Source: Chlorokybus atmophyticus
Lineage: Eukaryota > Plantae > Mesostigma and Chlorokybus algae
Direction of reading: 5' to 3'
DNA: 64,000 nt
NCBI GenBank assembly: GCA_009103225.1
Contig: RHPI01001311.1
Location: 1 to 64,000, forward strand
The notes below the pieces were generated by a model. That model had not been told where the DNA came from and did not search any database. It saw only the letters and a program-made list of their open reading frames with translations. Below, in pieces: positions 1 to 10,079 of the stretch (the first letter of the stretch is position 1; every line of letters starts with the position of its first letter). The position numbers and the translations under genes are program-made.

Positions 1-330
1 ACCAACCTGGCCATTGTGGAAGACCTGTTTCTGGCAGAATACCTATACAGCAATCGGCCACGAAATCTCGTCGTCGATGACATCCTGGACCCTGGACGCA
101 CAGCGCAACCGGTCACACGCCTTGACCGCCACCACTTCTACCAGTGCAACCAGCCTGGTCAGCCGCGCCGCGCACTACCCACACTTGTATCCTATCCAGG
201 CTCCTACGCGTTCCGTAATGGAGGCGACGGCATGGTGTTAAATTCCAACACTGGACAGCTGGAAGAACCCAACGGAACCCAGCACGCTGACAACCAGTCA
301 ACAGTGTCAGCTATTAGGGCGCACCATGAA
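1..330 (+). pseudogene. C-terminal part of retrotransposon-borne C5 cytosine methyltransferase (end of motif VIII, TRD, motif X); motif IX region deleted
   Basis: Frame 1 reads TNLAIVEDLF...HHFYQCNQPGQPRRALPTLVSYPGSYAFRNGGDG...EEPN and aligns with 21900-22180 of copy 2. Frame 2 from 275 reads STLTTSQQCQLLGRTMNQ (motif X-like) and runs straight into the RT ORF at 326. The ERKRAMGF segment of copy 2 is missing here. Confidence 0.75.
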
Positions 331-1608
331 TCAGAACAGCATGGTATGGTACTTAGAAATGTGCTTTGCTCTTCAGGACCGCCATGTGTCCTTCCAGGAG
401 CTCGAACACCTGGCTGGGGGGTGGATTGCTCGCTTTGCAGAGACCAAAGCAGCACACACCGCCCTCGAGACCGCCCATATGGAGGAGCAAGCAGCAGTCA
501 CTGTGGAAGACATTCCAGTGGTCGCCAACGCTACCTCGTGGTCCCACGCCATCCGATCGCTGGCCACAGGCCAGACTCGAGAGCAACTCGAGGCTCTCCT
601 CAACAAGTGGAGGAGCCAATTCAGTTTCAGTGTGAAGGAGCTGGGCATCTGCTCAGCATACCAGATGGACATTGAACTAGTGGACACCGAACCGGTGTTC
701 AGAAGACAGTACCGCCTCTCCAAGCTAGAAGAAGACTTGGTGGAACAGAGGTGCAAGGCGCTACTAGATGCAGGCCTGATCGAGGAGTCCACATCGGACT
801 TTGCGGCCGCGATCGTCATGCCCCTGAAGAAAGATTCAGCTGGCAACTGGACAGACCGGCGCATGTGTGGCGACTATCGCCCCAACAACAACAAGACCAA
901 GCAGGACAGGTATTCAATGCCTACCGCAGAAGGCATCTTTGAGGATGTAGGAGACTGCACGGTCTTTATATCCTGGATATGCGCCAAGGGTACAACCAGA
1001 TCGCCATCAAGGAAGAGGACAAGCACAAGACTTCCTTCTAAGGAAACCGGCAGCTGTACCAGTGGAAGGTCATGCCCTTCGGGCTGAAGAACACTCCGGC
1101 CAAGTTCCAGCGCGTCATGGACAAAGCCCTCAAGGGGTTGGACTTCGCACGCTGCTACATCGATGACATCCTCATCTTCAGTCACAGCAATGAGGAGCAT
1201 CTCCAGCACATCGAAGAGGTGCTACAGAGGCTGAAGGAAGTCGGGATGACGGTGCACCCTGACAAGTGCACCTTCTTCACCCACAAGGTACCCTACCTAG
1301 GACACATGATTGTGCCCCATGGTGTGTACGTACAGCAGGCCAAAGTGGAGGCACTGGTGGCTATCCCTGCCCCCACAGACCTCACGCGGCTGCGGGCCTT
1401 CCTCGGCCTTGCCAACTATTACCGCCGGTTTGTCAAGGACTTTGCCAAGATCGCAAGGCCTCTCAACAAACTACTGAAGAAGGACACCGAGTTCTTGTGG
1501 AAGGAGGCACAACAGGAGGCCTTTGAGGATCTGAAGCTCCGCCTCACCACAGCTCCCATTCTGCAACGCCCTGACTACACCAGGTCGTTCATCCTGCACA
1601 CACACTGA
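326..1608 (+). pseudogene. Gypsy reverse transcriptase (plus start of RNase H)
   Basis: Motifs RMCGDYRPNN, LDMRQGYNQI (after frameshift near 975), MPFGLKN, YIDDILIFS, YLGH, FLGLANYYRRFV. In-frame stops near 1039 and 1606. Confidence 0.95.
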
Positions 1609-1620
1609 AGCAAGCTCGGC

Positions 1621-3672
1621 ATGGGGGCCGTGCTCGTACAGCACGACAACAACAAGAAGGAGCGCGTAGTGTTGTACGCCAGCCGCAGCAACAACAGTGC
1701 TGAGGCCAATTACAGCAGCTACGAAGGGGAGTATTTCGCCGCAGTGTGGGCCATCTCCTTCTTCCGACCCTTCCTGTTTGGACGGCAGTTCCACCTGGTC
1801 ACTAACCATCAACCCCTCAAGTGGCTAATGAACAACCAGCACTTGACAGGAAAGTTAGCACGATGGGCGCTGCTGCTCCAGGAGTACGACTTCGAGGTGG
1901 AACACCGCGCAGGCCTTGCCAACCAGGATGCGGACGGCCTCAGCCGTAACCCCCACCTCAGCACCAACGACGCCACAGGCGCCCGACATGAGTTGGGTCC
2001 TACAGCTGCACCTTTAGGTGTGGCCACCATGTTCGCTGTCGCTGCGCTACGCTCAGGACGCAGGACTCAGATCGCTGAGGCAGCAGCAGTCGGGGACATG
2101 CCCGCTCTCGAGCCCGCCATCACCACCACCGATCCTTTATCAGAAGAAGCAATCGCTGCCGACCCTGAGGTGGATGATGAGGAGCTGGCACCCACCGACA
2201 CACGACAAGACATCTGGTTGGACGAGCCATCCCTCGCACTGCTTCAGACTGGACAACTTCCAGCAGGCATGAGCGCACGCGAGAAGGACCGCGTCCGGCA
2301 ACGCACTCAGCGTTACCACTGGGCCAACGACAAACTGTATCGACGGATACAAGATGCAGATCAGGAGGTCCCAACACCAGCTGCACGTAAAGGCATCATC
2401 TCCTCCCTTCACACCGAGCTCGGGCACTTCGGTGTCAAGCGCACGGTCAGCCTGGTCAGGACCCAGTACTGGTGGTATGGGGTGCACAGACAGGTGCGGG
2501 AGTTCGTCAGCAACTGTCAGCAGTGTGACATGGTTCGCGCCAGCCTCAACACGCGCAATGCCACCTTGCATCCCCTTCCCATTTCTGGGTTGTTCTACCG
2601 CTGGGGACTGGACATCCTCGGAGACTTAGCGCCCTCAGCGCGAGGCAACCGCTACATCCTCGTCATGATCGAGCACTTCTCCAAGTGGGTGGAGCTGGTG
2701 CCCCTGCCCGACAAGAGCAGTGAGGGAGTAGCCCAGGCTTTCCTCTCCCATGTACTCGGACGCTTCGGCAGCTGCGCTGAAGTCATCACCGACCAGGGTA
2801 CGGAGTTCAGAGGAGCCTTCGACAAGCTTATCGACAGATGCTTCATCGACCACCGTCGCACCTCACGCGACCACCCGCAGGCCGACGGCCTCGCCGAGCG
2901 TACCGTGCAGACCATCAAGAAGGCACTGCGCAAGTACGTCCTTGCCTACGAGAAGAATACCTGGGATGATCACCTCCCATGGGTAGCAATGGGCTACCGG
3001 CTGTCCAAGCAGGCAGCCCTGCGAGAGTACAGCCCATACTATCTACTGTTCGGAAGGCAGCCATTGCTCCCTTTCCGCGCACAGCAGGAGGTCGACAGAG
3101 TGGTGGACAATCTCGACAACCCCGACGAGATGTTGTATGATCTGACAGTGCGCAGTGCGCTGTTCGAACACACAGTCCCCATGGCCTTCAACAACCTGCG
3201 CATCGCGCAGCACCGCGACACGCTGCGTTACGAGCGTGTGCGCAGTGGTTTCTACAAGGAGCGGGAGCGCCGCTTCGAGTCAGGAGACTTCGTCTACCGT
3301 ATGGCGTCTACACGCGACACCCTCGATACCTCCGTCGGGCGTGCTGTCTACAAGGTATTGAAGGTGCACCCCACAGGGGTACTGGACCTGTTGGGACAAC
3401 GAGGCGAGCGCATGAAGGACAACATGGTCAACTGTGCGCCCTGTCATCTCCCCTACATTGCTGGCTTCACCAAGATCCAGCACCCGCGTCCGCTGCGCAG
3501 CACCCGATGCGAGAAGTGTGGCAGCGCCGACGACGACCCATTGATGATGTTATGCGACGGCTGTAATCAAGGCATGCACTGCTACTGCCTTGACCCTCCA
3601 CTGGACGCAGTACCCTTGTGGGAGTACTGGTGCGATGACTGCCGCATCAACGGTCCCCCACACAGTCGGTAG
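1621..3672 (+). CDS. Gypsy RNase H - integrase (HHCC, DDE core) - PHD finger; open in this segment
   Basis: RNase H: YASRS..EANYSSYEGE, TNHQPL, RWALLL. Zinc finger: H..LGHFG...C..C. Core: WGLD, TDQGTEF, HPQADGLAER. C-terminal C4HC3: CEKC...CDGC...HCYC...WCDDC. Confidence 0.95.
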   Translation: MGAVLVQHDNNKKERVVLYASRSNNSAEANYSSYEGEYFAAVWAISFFRPFLFGRQFHLVTNHQPLKWLMNNQHLTGKLARWALLLQEYDFEVEHRAGLANQDADGLSRNPHLSTNDATGARHELGPTAAPLGVATMFAVAALRSGRRTQIAEAAAVGDMPALEPAITTTDPLSEEAIAADPEVDDEELAPTDTRQDIWLDEPSLALLQTGQLPAGMSAREKDRVRQRTQRYHWANDKLYRRIQDADQEVPTPAARKGIISSLHTELGHFGVKRTVSLVRTQYWWYGVHRQVREFVSNCQQCDMVRASLNTRNATLHPLPISGLFYRWGLDILGDLAPSARGNRYILVMIEHFSKWVELVPLPDKSSEGVAQAFLSHVLGRFGSCAEVITDQGTEFRGAFDKLIDRCFIDHRRTSRDHPQADGLAERTVQTIKKALRKYVLAYEKNTWDDHLPWVAMGYRLSKQAALREYSPYYLLFGRQPLLPFRAQQEVDRVVDNLDNPDEMLYDLTVRSALFEHTVPMAFNNLRIAQHRDTLRYERVRSGFYKERERRFESGDFVYRMASTRDTLDTSVGRAVYKVLKVHPTGVLDLLGQRGERMKDNMVNCAPCHLPYIAGFTKIQHPRPLRSTRCEKCGSADDDPLMMLCDGCNQGMHCYCLDPPLDAVPLWEYWCDDCRINGPPHSR

Positions 3673-3723
3673 GAACTGAGTTCTGGAGCAGAGGGCTACC
3701 CCAGAATCTCAGGGGGGGTGGCT

Positions 3724-3957
3724 TGTTGACTGTGTGCACTACGACACAGTCTGTACACAAAGGTGGCGAGCGGCATCGGCTCGTCCACTGCACTAAACAC
3801 CGCGTAGGCTCATCTTCAAGCCTATGCCCACGATTGGGGGGTTGTCTTTTGCTTGCATGACTCCAATGCAATGCACGGCACTAGCATGCGTGCAGCACTA
3901 GCACTCCTCCGCAGCCTGTCCGAGACAAGGTTGCCCTCGACCATGGCAGGCACGACA
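3724..3957 (+). repeat. LTR module A (234 bp, TGTTG...CGACA) directly after the PPT
   Basis: Direct repeat with 4527-4760, 2 substitutions seen. TGT...ACA termini. Confidence 0.85.
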
Positions 3958-3959
3958 GC

Positions 3960-4521
3960 TGTCATGCCATCTACCCTCGCATGCCAGTCCTTCTCGAGCA
4001 TGCCTACACCCAGCCCCACGCCCGGGCTACCAGCATGAAGACCGCGCGAGCCCCAGCCTACTGCTAGCTACTGTACCACTCATGTAGCATGTAGCTAGGG
4101 CTACTTTATAGACCTGTCTGTAGGGACCGCGCGTAGCTGATCAGTTGTAAGTCTGTTAATAACACATGTGCTATATCGAGTCTTATGAGATTTCCGAAAT
4201 AGCATAAGGCCTCGATGTGACCGTTGGCCTAGTGCCCGCGTGGCACTGCATAGTCATGATTTGACATGTATAAGTAGGAAGTCACGTCACCAGACTGGCT
4301 GGTGACACTGTAAGTGAGTACTGTGAGTACTAGGAGTACTAAGAAGTAAAGACTCTGTTTCTAAAGAGCTTGTGAAGCGACTTGAACTGGAAGCACGCTG
4401 CCCCGGTTGCCAAGAATTCCCTTACTGCGTGAGACACGGTGCATGCTCTTGTGCGCTGTGCCTGTCATTGCTGTGAGCTTGACGGTGGTGTGTTGTTTCA
4501 GTAGTCAGGGTGTTGTATCCA
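3960..4521 (+). repeat. LTR module B (562 bp, TGTCA...GTATCCA)
   Basis: Start (TGTCATGC) and end (GTATCCACG) match 25777-26340 of element 2; lies between two A modules. Confidence 0.65.
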
Positions 4522-4526
4522 CGGCT

Positions 4527-4760
4527 TGTTGACTGTGTGCGCTACGACACAGTCTGTACACAAAGGTGGCGAGCAGCATCGGCTCGTCCACTGCACTAAA
4601 CACCGCGTAGGCTCATCTTCAAGCCTATGCCCACGATTGGGGGGTTGTCTTTTGCTTGCATGACTCCAATGCAATGCACGGCACTAGCATGCGTGCAGCA
4701 CTAGCACTCCTCCGCAGCCTGTCCGAGACAAGGTTGCCCTCGACCATGGCAGGCACGACA
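4527..4760 (+). repeat. Second copy of LTR module A; forms the right junction with non-Gypsy DNA
   Basis: About 99% identical to 3724-3957; followed by GCCTCTTCT, which is unrelated to module B. Confidence 0.85.
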
Positions 4761-4762
4761 GC

Positions 4763-5218
4763 CTCTTCTCCTGCGAAATGTCTGCTATTCTTTCTGCAAT
4801 GGTCATATGCCGACCTCGCCATGAGTACTCCATCATCGTCTGCAATCAAAAACGAAGTCGTGGTGTGCTTCTGTGCTGAGCATGCAGTGCTTCAATGCTT
4901 CAGTACATTGCTGTAGTGCTTTGCATGCTTCTACTACAGTTCTTTGCATGCTTTAATGCTTTGCATGCTTCTCTTCAAGTGCATGCAAGGCTGCCACCAA
5001 AGAAACACATGCTGAAACATTGCCTTTGTTGGCTGGAAACCCAAGCTCATGGTCCTGATTGCAGCAGCTACGTGGTTGTCTGCAGCATGCCAGTCGTCAT
5101 GCAGCTGCTGCTCAGAGGGTTCGCCTTCTTGGCCAAAATGGGGTTCCATAATGTGGATCGGGCTCCAGGGGTTCTCCGGTGGTTTATTGTCCGTGGACCT
5201 GCTGGCTTCTCCTGACAT
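4763..5218 (-). pseudogene. 5' portion of an unknown spliced gene interrupted by Gypsy copy 1
   Basis: ORF MSGEASRSTDNKPPENPW...WQPCMHLK, an intron-like tract, then exon KHTTTSFLIADDDGVLMARSAYDHCRKNSRHFAGEE that runs into the LTR end. No recognisable domain. Confidence 0.4.
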
Positions 5219-5741
5219 TCTTGCTACCCTTCACTAGTGCTCTTCTCGAAACCCCCAAACCCGCTGCCAACAACCTCACCGCCCGCAACCACACCGCCAA
5301 CAACCTAACCGCCCCTGCCACTGACCACAGCTACCGCAGCTGAAAGCTTTTTTTTGCAGCTCAAAGCTACTCCCGCAGCTCCCGCAGCTCCCGTAAACAA
5401 ACCGTGTGTTGCACCGTTGGATTGGACGATCAGCAGCGAGAACTCCAAATGGTGACCGTCTAATTGCTCGCGCAGAAACCGCACAACTCTACTCTACTCT
5501 ACTCACAAGTGCGGACACAACTTGTGCGGCAGCTAGCACTTGCCGCGTGTCGCATATGGCTAAAAGGTGACAGCTGAAGTTTCATTGTGACTTTTTAATG
5601 TCCAATGCTGCAAATGTTTTATGGCATACCCTATGCCCAATGCTGCATTGCCAAGTAGGTTAAGTTACTGTATAAGCACACCCAAACATCCGCCTACTTT
5701 GACACGGCGGTGGCGGCGGTGGTGGTAGTTTTGCTGAAACG

Positions 5742-6651
5742 ATGGACCCCCCTGTACCCATGCGTACCATGAACGAGGCTCTAATGCAGACGCTCCTCGC
5801 AGTCGGGCGGCGATTAGTGGGACTAGGTCAGGTCTTGACACAATCGTGGAACGGCTATGTAGATTCTGGCGATGCTCGCTATCATTAGGTATCTTTCTCG
5901 CTATTCATGGTGTGAGTTGCGTGCGCTATGTCACTCTGCATGCTGCTGACTATGCATGCCACTATGCATGTGCCATACTGTTGCGCATTGTTTGTACATG
6001 CGTATGCCTTGTGTGCGATTTGGGTTGAGTTTGCCTGTGTAGTGTGCATATGTTTGTCCTGCTATGATAGGAACGCCTATATATATACACAGCTCTGATT
6101 GCTACCATGCAACACCCTTGCGCGTTACATGCCGTGCATGTCATGCCATGCTACCGCCGGAATGCGTGTCCAGTTCATGTCCATTACAATAGAGGCGCTG
6201 CCTATGCATTTGCATCAACTTCTGGCGCACGTTTATGAATGAATGCGATGCAACATGCGACTTAACCTGTAAACTTGTTTGTCAAGTCCAGTTATGCAAT
6301 TGGGAGCTTTCAACTCGTGGAATTGTTCATCAGGCACCCATTACGATTGCAGCTACTGTACAAACCGGTGTGTATGTGGCAGTCTCCGTGCATGAGCACG
6401 CTCCCTTGCCTCCTGATGCGCCTCTTCCTACTCGCACTATCGTTGACTCGGGCACCTATGGCGCTGCTGGCCTGCGCATTGTGATCGAGTGCGACAACAA
6501 TATTGTTGCACGCTGGAGTGTGTTTACTGGCTCCCAAGTCCCTGCACCTGGTGCAACGCCCGGTACCAGTCTCAAACCAACTTGTAATGGAGTTTTCCCT
6601 ACTCGCGACCCTCCTGGTGAACCTAGTGACTCTAGTGACTCGTCGCAATGA
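5742..6651 (+). CDS. Possible spliced gene of unknown function, divergent from the 5218 gene
   Basis: ATG 5742 (MDPPVPMRTMNEALMQTLLAVGRRLVGLG) and a protein-like exon at about 6300-6651. No domain recognised; splicing not resolved. Confidence 0.3.
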
Positions 6652-7784
6652 CCATTGGTCCACACACACTTTGTTTGCCCTTTACACTCTGGTTACCGCT
6701 GAGCTGCTCTGCTGGTAATTCTCCAAGTGTGGCTGTTGCTTGTGCAATTACTGATAACAGTGGAGTGTGTGCCTTTGTGCAACTTGGAGATCTTGCAGCA
6801 GATCAGCTCAGGCACAACCGCCACAATTGTGTTCACAACAACATAGTGCCTGGCAGATTAGCTACATTACAACTATACCACACAACAACTACCAAACTAC
6901 CACTAAACTATACAACTACACAACAACAACTACTACACAACAACTATACAACTACCAAACTACCACCAAACTATAGGCCTTGTGCAAGGATGACGCAAAG
7001 ATCTGACCTTGTACTTCGTATTACCTCATGGCCGTAGCACAGCCTGCAAGGCAAAGCGGGTTGCGCTCAAAACTGTTGAACACACATCAGGCATGCAAGC
7101 GCCTAACACTGGCAGTAGTATTGCCCAAACATGCTGTTAGAAAAACCCCTCACAACTGCACTCGCATATGCACAGATACAAGGTATGTTTGCGCAGCAGA
7201 AGAAGTGAACACGGTCTTTTGCGACACACGCGCGCATACACACACATGAGGGCTTACAATCAACCGCCCCAGCTGACTGGATACCATACACACACATGCA
7301 CATTCATGTGATACGCATGCAAGGATGCATGTATCTGTCCCTATCGTCGCTGGAGCTCTTGCCAACTTCTTGGGCACCGTGACTGGCGGTGTCCTGCAAA
7401 CATGCCGCAGGCAATGCTTAACCTGTTGATAGCAGCTGTAAGAATGGCAAGACACCCAAAACACAGAGCCAAATGCTCTGATCTGAGTCTTATCCACAAA
7501 CACACCATGCCTGGCATGCGAGCTCTGGTTTACCTGCTGTCTTGGAAGCAGCCGGCTGGATCATCATACCCTCTGTTGAATGCATGCAAGTATCTGAGTC
7601 AAGATCAAATACCTACCTCATGTTTGACGAGATCAACTACACTGGACCTAAAGCGACCGGCCATTGCTGAATGGTAGCTGTTTACCTGTGGATCACACAC
7701 CGTAGTTAACCAACAGTAAATCAGAAATAGAGCAGGGAAATAACTTTTGAGAGACACAATGCTAGCGCAAGCACACACAGAAAG

Positions 7785-7922
7785 AACACCTTTTTGCCGC
7801 AAGGCCACTGAGGGGTTATGCCCAAGGCTGCCCCAGCGGCTTGCAGCAAACACCTTTTTGCCGCAGCACAGGCAAGGCCACTGAGGGGTTATGCACAAGG
7901 CTGCCCCAGCGGCTTGCAGCAA
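7785..7922. repeat. Two imperfect tandem copies of a ~65-70 bp unit
   Basis: AACACCTTTTTGCCGC...AAGGCCACTGAGGGGTTATGC(C/A)CAAGGCTGCCCCAGCGGCTTGCAGCAA occurs twice. Confidence 0.8.
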
Positions 7923-8076
7923 GTACAGCACGCACAGCATGCACACACACACACATGCATGGCATGCACGTATCTGCTGTGTAGCCGCTAGCGCTCCAGC
8001 ATCGCCGCCGACGACGATGACCTTGCCTGCGCCGCCGACGACCTTGCCTAAAATCTGCATGCAAAATGGCTGCTGT

Positions 8077-8122
8077 AACTCCAAAACCCTAAGTCCATGA
8101 CTTTGCTTAGGGTTTTGGAGTT
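8077..8122. promoter_or_regulatory. Perfect 17-bp inverted repeat (12-nt loop) built from telo-boxes
   Basis: AACTCCAAAACCCTAAG (8077-8093) pairs with CTTAGGGTTTTGGAGTT (8106-8122). The regulatory role is inferred. Confidence 0.6.
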
Positions 8123-8319
8123 GCGTACGGTTGTGACGACGTGGGCGGCGGAGTTGGGTTGGTGTCGTGGGCTGGCGCTGTGCTTGCTTACGTACTTGCA
8201 TCTTTGTTATTGGGTGCGCACTTCGCGGCCTGGAGCAGTCTTGCAGTGCGGCGGCTTGCTCCAGGGTTCTGACAAATGTGCAACAAGGTGCAGAAAACTC
8301 CGTGCTTGTCTCTGATTGC

Positions 8320-8550
8320 ATGAATGCTTGTTTGTGCACAGGGGCGGCCTCGTGTTTGTGGTTGCAAGAATGCTTGTTTGTGCACAGGGGCAGCCTCGTG
8401 CCTAAGGCCTCGTGTTTGTGGTTGCAAGAATGCTTGTGCTTGTTGGTGCACAGGGGCAGCCTCGTGCTTAAGGCCTCTTGTTTGTGGTTGCATGAATGCT
8501 TGTGCTGGTTGGTGCACAGGGGTGGCCTCGTGCTTAAGGCCTCGTGCGTT
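8320..8550. repeat. Four imperfect tandem repeats (~47-65 bp) upstream of the OTU ORF
   Basis: GTGCACAGGGG..GCCTCGTG...TTGTGGTTGCA.GAATGCTTG recurs at about 8333, 8380, 8447 and 8512. Confidence 0.8.
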
Positions 8551-8713
8551 AAGGCCTCTTGTCTGTGTTCCTCTTTGTGCTCGTTGTTTTGCTTAGTGGC
8601 TTACCAGATTGTTCATCATGCCTGCCAAGCGCAAACTGGTTTGTATTGGAGACCAGCTGCCTGCAGGTAACTTTGTGATGTTTTAGCTTCTTAGCTCCAA
8701 TCTTATACTTCTC

Positions 8714-10070
8714 ATGAATCACATGCTTGCTCATACTGGTGCTCAACATGTATGCCCATTCTCAACAGAGAAGAATATGCAAACACCAGAGCAGCCTGAG
8801 AAGCTTGAGGCAACCCAGTCCGACAAAGACGTTGTGGCTAAAGCAAAAGCTTATTACAAAGCGTTATTTAGACAGTGGAAAAGTGCCAGATGGACCAAGA
8901 AGCGCGACGTTGTCTCATGGGACAACATGGTGCTCGACATCAAGGTAGCTCTGCAGAACAGCATGGACTACTGCGCGCTCGATAATGATTCAAAGATGGA
9001 GTTATACAAATTCCTGGTGAAGGAGCTCACTCAATGTGATAAGAAGGCAGCAGCTGGCGGCATAAACCTGAGGGACTTCGTCGACAAACCTGAAGCTGGT
9101 CCTTCAACCTCGCGCACTCACATTTGGGAGTCTGGTCTGCTTGCTGAACAAACGGGCGCTGAGAGAAGGCTGGGTGGGTTGTTGAAGGAGAAAGGCCTGC
9201 GTGTGTTTAATGCCTATGGTGATGGGAATTGCTTTTACTACTGCATTGCCCAGTCGCGCCCCACCGTGAATGCTGGATGCCTGCAGCGCGAGAAAGCACT
9301 TGACAAAGAGGATTTCTAGCGCAGCATTGTGCTAGACAATGGACGAGAGCTGACACTCGCAGTGCAAGCAGTCAAGCTGCGCAAGTTGTGTGCCAAGCAG
9401 GTCAACCTTGCTTGGTTGAAGGAGTTTTGCAACTACCTGGCTTCAGACATGGGCAAGGACTATGAGCAGTGTGCTGCAAGATTGCATTTGGAGGAGCATA
9501 TGAAAAACGATGATGACAAAGGCGTTATTGCTCTGTCAAAAATGATTGCTCACGAGTCTGTTTATGCGGATGAATTGCATTTGGCTTTGATGGCGCAAAC
9601 GCTCGGCATTCGCATTGGCACATCGCAGATTATTGCAGATGCAGCTGGCAGGTACTTCTTGCACGTGGAAAAATCGGGCGCACTCTTTGAGGGTGCAAAT
9701 GGGAGCTACTTCCAAACAACCACCAACAAAGAAGGTAAACAAGAAAGGAAGTACGTGAAACCGGTCATGCTGCTTGGCGAGGATGTTGATGACCCGGCCG
9801 GTCATGTGATCATTGGCAATACGAGTCCGGGCTCGAAGGAGGCGCATTACTTGTCCATTGGTGATCACAGTGGCAAGCTCTCCTGGGAGTTTCGTGACAT
9901 GCCATCCGAAATCAGCCATTTCCTTTACCCCAATGGTTTGCCGACAGCGCCCAGTGCAGACTCTGCGCCTCTCCATACGCCCTCGTCTTGCAGTAGACCC
10001 TCTGTGCATGAAGCTGAGGGCCAGGCCAAGCAGGAAGCCGAGGCGGAGGCCAAGCAGAAAGCCCGAACCA
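8714..10070 (+). pseudogene. OTU-family cysteine protease (deubiquitinase-like), one in-frame stop
   Basis: Cys loop YGDGNCFYYCIAQS (9215-9256), YADELHLALMAQTLGIRI, and His loop HYLSI (9845). ORFs 8714-9319 and 9329-10168 share a frame, separated by one TAG. Confidence 0.8.
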
Positions 10071-10079
10071 TCACTACCT

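Larger units (their letters stand above)
1..4760 (+). mobile_element. Ty3/Gypsy LTR retrotransposon copy 1 (5' end outside window), carrying DNMT remnant and C-terminal PHD; degenerate
   Basis: Domain order DNMT tail-RT-RNaseH-integrase is Gypsy-type. PPT AGGGGGGG at 3711-3718, then terminal repeats 3724-4760. Frameshift near 975 and stops near 1039 and 1606. Confidence 0.93.

Noticed and set aside
1471-2933. Antisense ORFs over the Gypsy pol genes (also 22490-25632)
   Set aside because: Shadow ORFs expected from GC-rich codon usage on the sense strand.
3960-4526. A-B-A read as a TRIM mini-retrotransposon
   Set aside because: B has no TGG-type primer-binding site after A and no polypurine tract before the second A.
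5233-5240. CACTAGTG as a CACTA terminus
   Set aside because: Isolated 8-mer with no matching TIR or TSD at the candidate right end (18640).
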